Notes: generated by a model from the sequence alone, not told the origin. Shown: positions 1-12,221, numbered from the stretch's first letter. The stretch is DNA of 64,000 nt from Octopus sinensis (GCF_006345805.1 NC_043003.1:4278001-4342000); one strand, 5' to 3'. Numbers and translations: made by a program.

Positions 1-210
1 AATAAGGCATTAAACTAATGAGTAAGCTGAATCCAGTTGAGTGTTACGTGCTGCAGGAATACAGAAGTGCAGTGAGTGTCCTTATATAGCCTAGCAATCA
101 GGGAAGTATCAAAGCATTTCCTATATTTGTGAAGAGATAATATAGATTACGAAATATAATAATGGATACTGTATAAATAGATACACCAGACAGACGTGTG
201 TAGGAGACAT

Positions 211-250
<40 letters not shown>

Positions 251-464
251 TATCGTGTACTGTTATGCAACTGTTTTCCTTTAACTGTCTTCTGCGTTTG
301 GGTTGCGGCCCTGCTGTGGCACTGTTTGCAAAGTTTTAATATCAAACTTTCGTAAATGCTTATTTCATTGATCTCGTAAAGGGTCGTTATCAAAATTTAC
401 TTTCATGTCAGTCGACACAAGATATCATCAGGCATTTTTTTTATTGCGCTCACTCACATTATTT

Positions 465-892
465 TGTATGTGTGTGTGTGTGTATATATATACATATATA
501 TATACATACACACAAACAAACACATACATATATACACACACACATATACATACACACACACACACATATACATACACACACACACACATACATACACACA
601 CACACATACACACACACACATACACGCACACACACATACACGCACACACATACATACACGCACACACATACATACACGCACACACATACATACACGCACA
701 CACATACATACACGCACACACATACATACACGCACACACATACATACACGCACACACACACACACACACACGCACACATACATACACGCACACACACACA
801 CACATATATACATACACACACACATACACACACACATACACACATACACACGCACACACACACACGCACATACACACAGACATATATATATA
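465..892. repeat. Compound (CA)n/(CATA)n/(TA)n microsatellite with a 14-bp CACGCACACACATA(CATA)-type higher-order unit
   Basis: Directly visible; it explains the HT/VC/MCV ORFs at 405-948. Confidence 0.97.
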
Positions 893-984
893 TTCTTGAG
901 CCCAGACAGAAAACAAACTGTTTTCAGATTTTTATAAATTTTTACTAATATTTGATAAGATGGGACACATCGAAACCTGAGACA

Positions 985-1160
985 AGGAGAGAGAGAAAAT
1001 AGAGAAAAGAGAGAGAGCAAAGAGAGAGAGAGAGAGAGAGAAAGAAAAAGAAAAAGAGAACGAAAAAGAAAAAGGAGAAAGAGGGAGAAAAGCGGGAGAG
1101 GGAGAGAGAGAGAGAGAAAAGCGAGAGAGAAGAGAGAGGAAGAAAGGAAAGAGAGGGGGA
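985..1160. repeat. Polypurine (GA)n/(GAAA)n tract
   Basis: Directly visible purine-only run. Confidence 0.95.
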
Positions 1161-1260
1161 ACATTTTAGTCTGATTTGCCCGAATTTATAGTAACGGGTC
1201 ATTGGAGCGGCTTAAATATACTATTGCACCTTTCACTTGCATTGAGTACTTCTTTTGTAG

Positions 1261-1414
1261 GTCATTATAGCAACGGTATTTATATAAAGGGGTGGGAGAA
1301 TGGCTGTGTTGAAATTGCAAGCTATAACTTCATCTACCTCCTTTTTGTACCCCATAAACATCGACATTCAAAAGAAAAAGAGAATTTAAAAAATAAAATG
1401 GCCGACGATTGAGG
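1261..1414 (+). other. Candidate spliced exon (probably non-coding or 5' UTR)
   Basis: Acceptor tacttcttttgtag ends at 1260 and donor GAGG|GTGAGC starts at 1415. All three frames contain a stop. Contains AAAATGGCCG (YY1-like) at 1395-1404. Confidence 0.35.
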
Positions 1415-2042
1415 GTGAGCGGAAGTTTGTGAACGCCGCCATAAAATGAAAGCTTATCTGGAGAAATAAAAGCCTTTTAGAATTACATTCAAACTATAAG
1501 GAAATCCTATTTTAAGGAAATTATTTCATTCACGCCATCTTTTCTCACTCATACCACTACCACTGTCGCCTGCGCCACCAGCGCCATCTACATTTATTGA
1601 ATCTGTATCGTCTTTATCACGATAGTCTTTATCATTATTGCCGTTATTGGCCTTTCTGTATCTATTGGGGTGGTGGTGGTGATGACAATTGTGATTAGGA
1701 TTATGCTCGTGCTGGTGGTGGTGATGATGATGATGATGGTGGTGACGGCGGTAGAAGTTATATGAGAGAGAAAGGGTTGTGGGTAGAGTACAACGGAAGT
1801 GTGAAGTAGCCAGAGATAAAGATGCTCTTATCTTTATCAATAAAGCTACACAAAATAGTAACAACAAACGCCACATCATTATCCTCACTACTACCAGAAG
1901 TAACAACAACCACCACAACAACCAAGTATTCATACATACATATACATATATATATATGTATATATACACGTGCTTAATCTTCGCTTTCCTATAAATATCC
2001 AGCCAAGTTGCGAATTCTAAAAACTCTAACTGAAAAAGTAAT

Positions 2043-2308
2043 GGTTGTTACCACCGCGACGTGGTTGTTCCGTGTTGAACACTTTTACTCGTCTTTTTAA
2101 CCCCAGGAGGACACCTCCTCAGCTGGTGGTAAACGACACAATATCTGCGTCTGTTTATATTGCAAACTCGCTCCCTTGGTTAACGACACAATATAACAGA
2201 CGGAGGTAGTGTGTCGTTTACCACCAGCTGGAGGAGGTGTCCTTCAGGGGTTAAAAAGACTAGTAACAGTGTTCTATGCAGAACGATCACGTTGAGGTGG
2301 TAGCAACC
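2043..2308. mobile_element. Imperfect foldback element (arms about 110 bp)
   Basis: ggttgttaccacc...gtctttttaacccc...ggtggtaaacgacac is mirrored by gtgtcgtttaccacc...ggggttaaaaagac...ggtggtagcaacc. Confidence 0.8.
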
Positions 2309-2371
2309 TTTACTTTCCCAAGTTCTACCTAAGTAAAACTAAGTGATTGTTATAGCGCTGTTATTCTTTTC

Positions 2372-2581
2372 TGCTCTCGGCACAACGTCCGAAATTTGGG
2401 GGGGAGGGGACCAGTCGATTAGATCGACCCCAGTGCGCACCTGGTACTTAATTTATTGATCCCGAATGGATGAAAGGCAAAGTCGACCTCGGCAGAATTG
2501 GAACGCTGAACATAAAGACAGACGATGTACCGCTAAGCATTTCGCCCGGCGTGCTAACGTTTCTGCCACATCGTCGCCTTA
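2372..2581 (-). mobile_element. SINE family B (head ggcggcgagctggcagaaacgttagc; core gtcgactttgcctttcatcctttcggggtcga)
   Basis: Reverse-complement match to the other B copies. The central core resembles the Meta domain of MetaSINEs (from memory). Confidence 0.88.
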
Positions 2582-2955
2582 GCGCTGTTAGTTATTGTAC
2601 AAGCAGTAATAATATTTGGAGTAACGAGGCGTTTGCTATTGTACTTATAGAATTCAGGGCCGGATTCAGACCCATGGGGGCTCTAAGCACTTAAAAAATT
2701 TTGGTGCTTCCATATGTATGGAATTTAGGATATAAACGATAAACCGTAAAATAAACTTTTATTTTCCAAAACGAAACAAAACGAAGAATAAGATGAAAAA
2801 AAAAAAAAGTTTCTTTCTGTATTTTCTTCTATTTTATTTATATTTGAAAAGGTTTCTTCTATTTATTTTGATCAGATCCTTACTATGACATCACGAGCAC
2901 TTTGAAATTATATTTCCAATCATGTAAGCTGCTTCGAATATTATTCTAGCAAAGT

Positions 2956-3180
2956 AAGGCGACGAGCTGGCAGGAATGTTAGTACGCCGGTCAAAATGTT
3001 TAGCGGCATTTCGTCCGTCCTCATGTTCTGGCTTCAAATTCCGCCAAGGCCGACTTAGCCTTTCATCCTATCGGCATCGATAAAATAAGTATCAGTGAAA
3101 CACGGCGGGGGAGGGGTGATATAATCGACTTGCCCCCTCCCCCGTAGTTGCTGGTTTGGTGCCAAAATTTGAAATCAATA
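2956..3180 (+). mobile_element. SINE family B, diverged, with TSD-like flanks
   Basis: Family head and core present; flanks tattctagcaa(a)gt at about 2942 and 3179. Confidence 0.85.
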
Positions 3181-3364
3181 TTCTAGCAAGTTTAAAGTGA
3201 TTTTCTTTTGTGCCGTAAACCACTTACCATTTCTGGTGTGCCCCTCCCCCACTGCCTTTGATACACCAAGCATGAGCTTATTTTGCTTAATGGCTAATCC
3301 AACGCTGTATTAATTGAAATGGATGTTATAGTAGTAGCACTACAACTAGTAGTAGTAGTAGTAA

Positions 3365-3401
<37 letters not shown>

Positions 3402-3439
3402 GGCGCTAACATATGTGATGGTTATTGTAGTAGTAGTGT

Positions 3440-3612
3440 CTTTTACTTGTTTCGGTCATTAGACTGCGGCCATGCTGCGGCATCGCATCGAAGAATTTTA
3501 GTCGAATGAATCGATCCCTGTACTTAGTCTATCCATGTCTTTTGCTGAAACAGTTAAGTTTGGGGGATGTTAACACACCAACAGCGGTTGTCAATCGTCG
3601 GTAGTGGGGCAC
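3440..3612 (-). mobile_element. SINE family A, 3' half
   Basis: Tail cttttacttgtttcggtcattagactgcggccatgctg matches the family A 3' end. Confidence 0.85.
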
Positions 3613-3729
3613 ACACACATATATATATATATATACACACATGTATATACATATATATATATACATAATTTTTTTTTCCTGATGAGATAAAAACCCAAGG
3701 ATGTGAAGATTTTAGAATATTTATAAATA

Positions 3730-3780
3730 GGTCTTACAGCTGTTTCTAGGATATTTATTATATCCCTTCATCGGAGAGGG
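3730..3780 (-). ncRNA. Minimal hammerhead ribozyme-like motif (Penelope type)
   Basis: Minus strand reads ucu-CCGAUGA-A-GGGAUAU/AUAUCCU-A-GAAA-CAGCUG-UA-aga, with a palindromic helix III and a GUA triplet at 3737-3735. Confidence 0.65.
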
Positions 3781-4051
3781 AGTGAGAAGGGGGTTAAGCA
3801 ATAGTTAATTTAGATAAGATACGAAATAGAGAGTGAAGTGGAAGAATGAAAATAGATGTGAGATATGCAGGGATATTGCATTTGTAGATCCATTATTTAG
3901 GCAGAATGGTATACATGTAAGATTCCAATACCTTGTGAGTAAAATCCAATAGTAGCTAAAACTGGTCATTCCAAGCATAGAGTTTTGTACACTGTGCTAT
4001 TGAATCAAGGGTTTTATTAACAGCTGCACATGTTGAATATATATATATATA

Positions 4052-4224
4052 TATATATATATCCCTGCTGTACTCTTTCGCCACAACTTTCTCTCACTCT
4101 TCCTTCTGTTGGCCTGCTCGCTTAGCCAGCGGAATGGCGTCACTTGAAGGCTATAATAATGCAAAGCACATTGTGACCAGCGATGTATAGCAACATTTGA
4201 TAGCCTTGTCGGTCACGGTGATGA
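4052..4224 (+). mobile_element. SINE: family C body joined to family D tail
   Basis: atccctgctgtactctttcgccacaactttctctcactc (C body) runs directly into ggcctgctcgcttagccagc...ggtcacggtgatg (D tail). Confidence 0.8.
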
Positions 4225-5284
4225 ATATATATATATATATATATGAGCACACAGACTCACACATTCATATATACACAGTACGAGAGAAGATAAGAAAATA
4301 TGGGTGAATTTCCATAAAATAAATAATATCCGAAGAAAGAAAATTTTTCTTTACTTTGTGATTATTATTTCAATTTTAAGGTAATAAATATTCTTTTCAA
4401 AGTATTCATTTCGTAAATTTATATGAACATCAGAAGATTTGATAAAAGTTTAACTTTTATCAAATTTAAATGATAATTATAGCGTGTATGCCATATTTTC
4501 TGATATTAGCCAGGGTGGCAAAAGTATGCTTTCAAAGTATCCCGTCAATGGAAGGAAAACAGCCGAATATCATTTGTATAATTAATTTTCCTTTTGTACA
4601 AAATCGGGTGGCTTCCACTATTAAAAAAAATAACGCTTTTTCATAAAGATCCTTAAATCCATTTGCCACTTCTTTTCCTTTCATGCTCAGTCAATTAACT
4701 ATACGTATCTCAGAACTTGTATAATTCTGAGATACGTGTCATTTGGTCGAGATCATTTGCAATACAGGATTTTAAAAAAATAATTATCTGCAGTGAATAT
4801 ATTTCACACTTCAGTACTGCAATATATCGTACTCTACTTTGTTGATGGAAACCCACCGTGGTTGATTCTATCAATAACTCTTCAAGCCAATAATGTTACG
4901 TATAAAGGTTACATATCTCTGACGATCCGACAATCTTGGTCATGTAATTTATATTACTTAAATAAAGACCTCGTGTTAATGAAATGTACGTAAGATGGTG
5001 TAACTAAATATCACAAACAATCTCATATTTCATGTTATTAATATACGCGTGTGCGTGAGGGCTGTGTGTGTGTTTAGAAATAATGCTATGATGTACAAGC
5101 GGACAATAACGGTTAAAATAAGATAGAATAATCAGAAGATAGGGCAATGAGAAAGCAAATAAAAGATTAAATTTAGTAGATTCTAGAATTTTATTGAAAT
5201 AAGTTCCAAAAGGATTGTGGCAATTGGGAAGATGAAATCGTAGCAAATCAAAATTATTTTCCTCATCATAATTTTGTATGTACA

Positions 5285-5336
<52 letters not shown>

Positions 5337-5339
<3 letters not shown>

Positions 5340-5542
5340 AACAATTGAGGAATGGCCTTAATAGGCCATTCGACCCACTAAAAGAGCAGCCAGGACTCAA
5401 ACCGCCAAGTAGTAGTAATTCAGAAACTAAAGGAAAATTTAAAAACATTAATTTTCTGAATTACTACTACTTGGCGGTTTGAGTCCTGGCTGCTCTTTTA
5501 GTGGGTCGAATGGCCTATTAAGGCCATTCCTCAATTGTTGTT
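5337..5542. repeat. Perfect 90-bp inverted repeat with 26-nt spacer
   Basis: 5337-5426 is the reverse complement of 5453-5542. Confidence 0.95.
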
Positions 5543-5799
5543 GAATTTATATGTATAGTCTTTGACTATTTTCTCTTTCTCACTAGACCACTGGTGGCGA
5601 TAAATTTCTATTGAATTTTTTGCTACCCTATATTGATTAATATATATATATATATAATATATATATAAAATCACACAGTGATAAAAAATCTACAGATGGA
5701 GAAGGACCTTCTACTACCATGTTCTTAATGATAAAATTAACCTCTCTGTCTATATATCTACCCTCTTTGTAACGTTGGCAAATGAAATTAAGTATAAAA

Positions 5800-5954
5800 A
5801 TGTACATTGTCCATTTAATTAAAACAAAATTCTATATGTGGCTGAAGATTGCTTGACATTTTAAAACTGATTTAATACCTGCATTGTTTAATAAAATGAA
5901 GTAGCATGAAACGATTGTACTACACTACCTTGGATGCCCTTTTTGCTTATTTTG

Positions 5955-5960
<6 letters not shown>
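5800..5960 (+). mobile_element. Short AT-rich interspersed repeat (related copies at about 41510-41670 and 62278-62520 on the minus strand)
   Basis: Shared gtagcatgaaac(a/g)attgtactac...ttggat(a/g)(t/c)cc...ttgcttattttgattata. Confidence 0.8.
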
Positions 5961-6006
<46 letters not shown>

Positions 6007-6985
6007 GTGTGTGTGTGTGTGTGTGTGTATGTGTGTGTGTGTGTGTGTCTGTGTGTGTGTGTGTATGTGCACACAGTGAGTGTACATGTGTATCTATACT
6101 TATGTCATTTATGTTTAAGAGCAAGCTTCTTGAGTGTAGTGTGTTTGTTTCTACTATCACAATGTTGTTCATACCTATGTTCTCATTAATATAGCTTGGT
6201 GCATATGTACGTGTTGCTCTTTAATATAATGTACACACACACACAAGTCTACAAGTGTGTGTTTGTGCTCTTACAGTGTTGTGCATATGTATATGTTTAT
6301 GCTTATACAGTGCAGTGTGTGCGATCACATGTATATTTGTGGGCGGGTGTTTATGTAAATAGTGTTTTTATACATGTATATATATATGTGTGTGTGTGTT
6401 TATGCTAAAACGGTGTGGTATATATGTTTTTGTGCATGTATCTCTGTGTGTAGGTTTACGCCAGGGACAGAGTGAGTGGAGGGTTGTTGAACCACTCCTC
6501 ATTAGAACGTCTCATGTTTGTTATGGCAAACATCTTATCTCCAAACCACAATAGATAAAACAATACGAAGTGGAGGGGAGGTTGTGCGAGAGAAAGGCCA
6601 GACTTGTCGGGTTCTTACAATGTAAAGCGGCAGACTACATCGAAATAAATGTTCGTTATCGTCATTTCGAGAAGGAGAAACCACTCAAAATCGCATACAA
6701 AGTCATTCCCGTAGTAAAGCGACACATCTGGTATGTGTGGTGAGTGGTGTACGAACGATGCGGAAGTTGAGCGAGCATTGTCTTCTTAATCTAGGTTTGA
6801 GTGGTCTTCTGAAGAGTGTATAAGGAGTATATCTAGGAAATTAGACAGCAGGAATGTTGGCAACTGTTTGCTGGGTGTTTGTAGCTTTCTGGTCTGTTCA
6901 TTGCTTCAGCGTCTGTAGAAGACGAGTACTTGTTGTTGTACATTGCAGGGTGGGGATAGAGTTCACGAGTCTTCCGTATACAAGT

Positions 6986-7018
<33 letters not shown>

Positions 7019-7127
7019 GATTGATTTAAGGGGGGTCTTACCCCCAATTGACATTATGTGTTGGCAGGCTGGTCGGTTGACTGGTTAGTGAGCTGGCTGG
7101 TAAAGAGTCTGTGAGAGAATCCTTGCA

Positions 7128-7168
<41 letters not shown>

Positions 7169-7506
7169 CTATTCTTAATTAATTATGTTAATCTGGGGCT
7201 TAAACAAACCTGTCGGACAGTGACGGACTCAATAAAGACACGTGGAGTGATTATTTATGAGTTTTAAAGAAATGATAGAGTTTTAAATCACATATAAGGC
7301 TTAACATATTTTGAGGGCATGATTGTTTTCACGGTCTCACTTCTCCGGCCCCAGTGACTTCAAATTGCTCCGTTTCGAAGTGTGCTTAAACTAGACTCGA
7401 GAGAATGGGCAAATGGTACTCGGAGTTATTTTATTGTAAATTCGACCCGAAACCAGTAAAGGGTTTCATAACTAAATGTTTACGAGCATTCATTACGCAA
7501 GAAACG

Positions 7507-7546
<40 letters not shown>

Positions 7547-8106
7547 AAGACAGACAGATGTAAATGCGTAAAGAGCCTTTGCACCTTAAGTGTTTCTTTG
7601 ATAAGAACTTCAGATTGAAGCGAATCGACATTCCAGTTTTAATTATTGAAGTAAAAACAAAAGGCTTGTCTTATGTTCATGGAAAATTGATGGCTGTGTG
7701 TAGGTACACACCCTACCCTGCAGCAGATCTGGGTGGAATAAGGGTGTGCGGTTGTGTGAACGAATGCTTTGAGATTTGGAGAAGTGCATGTTTACATTAA
7801 TCTAAGTGATAGTGTGTTAATAGGTATGCATGTGTATGTATATGATCTTATGAGTGTATGTGTTTGTGTGGTGTGTGTACTACGTATGTGTGTGTGTGTG
7901 TATGTAGAGAGAGATACGAGGTAGATGTTTCTAGAAGTATATGTTTACATTTGTATAAGTAGCGGTAATTGTGTTTATGTGTGTGTACGTATATGGTGGG
8001 TGGGTGGGTATATATCTGCATGTTTGTGTGTGTTTATGCGTGTATATGTAGTTATGTATATGATTATGTGTGTGTTTGTGCGTAAGTGATGTTGTTGGTG
8101 ATCTCC

Positions 8107-8155
<49 letters not shown>

Positions 8156-8390
8156 ATACATAACAATCTGAATAAAATGAAAGTACGAGTGCGTATGTAT
8201 ATGTCAATGTATGTATGCGTAGATGTCTTTGGTTTGTCGTGTTTATGTGAACGTGTACGCGCGCACACAAAGATTTTTAATATCTACCCGAGTATATACA
8301 GAAGTACTTGTATGTGTGTGTAATTACGTGTAGTTCGTTTAAGCACCTTTACGTTTCATATGATAGGATATATATACACACATACACATC

Positions 8391-8449
<59 letters not shown>

Positions 8450-8622
8450 GTAAATATTAGATCGGACCTATTTCTAGCACTAGAGTTAACATATTCAAAG
8501 TTGACTCTCTAATATTTACGGATAAATATGAATTTGTGTCCCCGGTTTTTTGTGCTAGGTCGCTTGGTGTTAAAATAAGGGTATTATTGAATTAATATCT
8601 ATAATTTTATTCACCCTCATTA

Positions 8623-8658
<36 letters not shown>

Positions 8659-8671
8659 CACATCATATATA

Positions 8672-8928
8672 TTGGGTTGGTGCATAATTATTGCGGCCTA
8701 TTTTCAAAAGTTTTATTCAACAAAAACAATAACGACATGTAACAAAACCATCTTTAAATGATTATTCCGGAGCATATTCACCATCTACTTCAATTGCTGC
8801 TTCCCATTTGCTTGGCAGACGGTGAGATCGTCATTTAAAGATGTTTTTGTTGAATATTGTTATTGTTTTTGGTGAATAAAATTTGTTGAAAAAAAAAAAA
8901 AAGCCGCAATAATTATGCACCAACCCAA
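8672..8928 (-). mobile_element. Mariner deletion derivative (MITE)
   Basis: TIR ttgggttggtgcataattattgcggc / gccgcaataattatgcaccaacccaa with TA on both sides. Minus strand encodes HRLPSKWEAAIEVDGEYAPE*, like the mariner transposase C-terminus. Confidence 0.9.
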
Positions 8929-8951
8929 TATAAACATCACATATACATATA

Positions 8952-9130
8952 TAGGCGCAGGAGTGGCTGTATGGTAAGTAGCTTGCTTACGAACCACATG
9001 GTTCCGGGTTCAGTCTCACTGTGTAACACCTTGAGCAAGCGTCTTCTACTATAGTCTCGGGCCGACCATAGGCTTATGAGTGGATTTGGTAGACGGAAAA
9101 TGAAAGAAGTCCGTCATATATATGTAAATG

Positions 9131-9169
<39 letters not shown>

Positions 9170-9247
9170 CGCTCAACAACCGATGTTGGTGTGTTTACAT
9201 CCCCGTAACTTAGCCCTTCGGCAAAACAGACCAATAAAATAAATACT
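8952..9247 (+). mobile_element. SINE family A (head gcgcaggagtggctgtgtggtaagtagcttgct), 3'-truncated
   Basis: tRNA-like A/B boxes, internal (TA)/(TG) microsatellite, and match to other A copies. Confidence 0.92.
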
Positions 9248-10817
9248 ATATATATATATATATATATACAAAGAGAGAGAGAGAGTTAAAAAACATTGTA
9301 AATTCACAAACGAACGGAAAACAGACACAGAAGGTCCCCAACTACTCATTAGTTATGAGATTGTCAAACGCAATTTCGTACCTTTATACACACACATGCG
9401 CGCGCGCGCATCTACGTGTAAAGGATAAGCACTTTTGCGTGCGTGTACCCTTGCGGCAAATCATTTAAAGTTGAAACATCACAAAATTACAAGTTTGTAT
9501 TTTGACGTATACTTCACGAAGTACACGTTTTTGAAAGCACCAGAGGGGTTTAAAAGATAGTTTGAAAGTGGTTTTTGCTTCTAGAATTACGGAGCTGTGC
9601 TTGTTTGACGATGTGTTGAAACAGACGTTTATGTCGTAGTAACATTTTTTAAAGAACCATAAGAAAGTTGGGCTCACTTTTCATTTATTTCTTAATGGCG
9701 TAGTCTATGAAATATTATTTTCGTCACACTTCTGCGAGCCCCTCACTAGCAATTACATTAAGTGAGTTGTAGTGGAATTATTCCTGTGGAATATTTACAA
9801 AGGAATTGTGCAACGCAAATTGTGACCCCTCAAGAAATGAAAGAAGTGAATATCAGGGTTTTGTGTTTGCTTACAATTGTTAAAACATTCCTTTGTCGGT
9901 AAGATTGTTTCATAATGAGACAAGGTAAAATAAGCACGTATCTATTACCTTCTGTTTTCACTGACATGCAATAAGAATGCGACAAGGAGAAATGGCAAGA
10001 CGCATTCTTCAAGCCAAACCAACGGGCAGGAGAACGAAATGGTTGGATATTAAGTCCAGTTTCAAATGGTCATGCCTGGGAATCCAGTTGGAAGTATGAC
10101 AGTTTCCTCTGACAGGACTCGAAGGACGAGATGCATGAGGGCTCTACGTCTAAGAACCCTCATAGGAATAGTGGGCAGAGAAACTGGATGGATATATTTT
10201 GTCTGTGTTTGTGATAGAAAATAAATCTCCAATTTTACAAGAAAAATTAATATTTAATAGATTTAAAACATGAAAACATACAAAAAGCATTTCCATGTGT
10301 CAAGATCATCGTCTGAGCGGGGTAAGGAGTGGATTTATGTCTTCAAATGTCTTGAATAAACTGGTTCCACAAAGGAATCGCCCCCCGCTCCAAAAAGACC
10401 ACGTTCTGTAAACCATTTTAGAATATATTCCGAAAGTAGAAAATCCTGTGACGGGAGAAATTTACATAATGGTAATTTGCATATATTATTGTGGAATAAA
10501 ATTAGAAAAAGTTGATAAATAAGATAGATTTTAACATTTTAAAACCCTAAGTGGCATTTCAGTCACCATGTATAACACGCCTACAACAACAAAGAAAAAA
10601 ATATATATATGTGTGTGTGTGTCCCTTCAATATCTATAGATATACGCTTACACGAACGCGCATACACACACAACCTTTTAAATACATCCATACATGCGTT
10701 CTTATATTCGTGCATATGTCTGTGTGTTTGTGTCTAGGTTATGTATAAATACATACCTACGTGTGTGGTGTGTGTGTGTGGTGTGTGTGTGTGTGTAATA
10801 TATATATATATATTGTG

Positions 10818-11096
10818 ACTGTCGGTTACGACGACGAGGGTTCCAGTTGACCCGATCAACGGAACAGCCTGCTCGAATTAACGTGCAAGTGGCTGAGCAA
10901 TCCACACACACACATGTACCCTTGACGCAGTTCTCGGGGAGATACAGTGTGACAAGGCTGGCCCTTTGAAATACAGGTACAAGAGAAACAGGAAGAAAGA
11001 GTGAGAGAAAGTTGTGGTGAAAGAATACCGCAGGGTTCGCCACCACCCTCTGCCAGAGCCTTGTGGAGCTGTAGGTGTTTTCACTCAATAAACACC
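10818..11096 (-). mobile_element. SINE family C, 5'-truncated
   Basis: Matches 33322-33709 from the 3' tail to ctcaataaacac. Confidence 0.9.
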
Positions 11097-11400
11097 CGGA
11101 CTGGGATATATCTATCTGTCTGTCTATACACACACACACAACACACAGAGTAATCTCTCGCCACATCGCAGTTCACCTACTGCGGTTTATTATCTAAGCT
11201 TGCGCCAATTCATCCGTGGTGTTGTTTTGCATTTAGAATAAAATAAATATATACAAATTATAAATATATACAAATAATAAAAAATATACAGTACTGTTTC
11301 TAGTTTACTTGGCGGACTTTCACCTATCGCGGGGTGCTTTGGGACGCACCACTCGCGATAGTCGAGGGGTGAATGTGTGTGTGTATGTATGTGTATATAT

Positions 11401-11620
11401 ATTTCTTTACTGCCCACAAGGAGCTAAACATAGCGGGGACAAACGAGGACAGACAAAGGGGTTAAGTCGATTACATCGAGCCCAGTGCGAAACTGGTACC
11501 TTATTTATCGACCTCGAAAGGATGAAAGGCAAAGTCGACCTCGGCGGAATTTGAACTCAGAACGTAACGACAAACGAATTACCACTTAGCATTTCGCCCG
11601 GCGCGCTAACGTTTCTGCCA
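11401..11620 (-). mobile_element. SINE family B
   Basis: Near-full copy, closely similar to 19884-20115. Confidence 0.92.
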
Positions 11621-11627
11621 TATATAT

Positions 11628-11679
<52 letters not shown>

Positions 11680-11964
11680 ATGTATGTATGTATGTATGCC
11701 ACACAGACACACATGTTCTATATACAGGCGTATATATATGTGTGTGTGAGGTTGAACATTCTGTAAGATGGAACCAGATGTCATTAACTTCCACCATTAT
11801 ATAATTCAACACGAATAAAAATGGCGAGAGGAAATTAAGAACCAGCAATAAAGCTTGCAACTTCCGCATCGAGATATAGCCTGATGTTAGGTGTGCGTGT
11901 GTCTTTATATACATGACACACTTTTGTGTATATAACCAAATTTGTGTGTGTGTGTGTGTGTGTT

Positions 11965-12180
11965 TTGGGTTCGTGCATAATTAGTGCGGCTTTTTTTCAA
12001 CAAAAACAATAACAACATGTGACAAAACCGTCTTTAAATGATTATTCCGGAGCATATTCACCATCTACTTCAATTATTGCTTCCTATTTGCTTGGCAGAC
12101 GGTCATGCCGTCATTTAAAGATGTTTTTGTTAAACATTGTTATTGCTTTTGTTGAAAAAAAGCTGCAATAATTAACCCAA
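11965..12180 (-). mobile_element. Second copy of the mariner MITE
   Basis: Colinear with 8672-8928; TIRs slightly decayed. Confidence 0.87.
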
Positions 12181-12221
12181 TATTATATATATATATATAA
12201 TATATATATATATATAATAAT

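Noticed and set aside
405-1202. Long ORFs rich in HT, VC, YI, SL
   Set aside because: They are translations of dinucleotide microsatellites; the same applies to most ORFs in the track (for example 13994-14707, 40167-40816, 41891-42342, 49280-49981).
6480-7010. Possible retroelement RT fragment (LDILLIHSSEDH on minus strand)
   Set aside because: The motif is too short and the surrounding frames do not support it.
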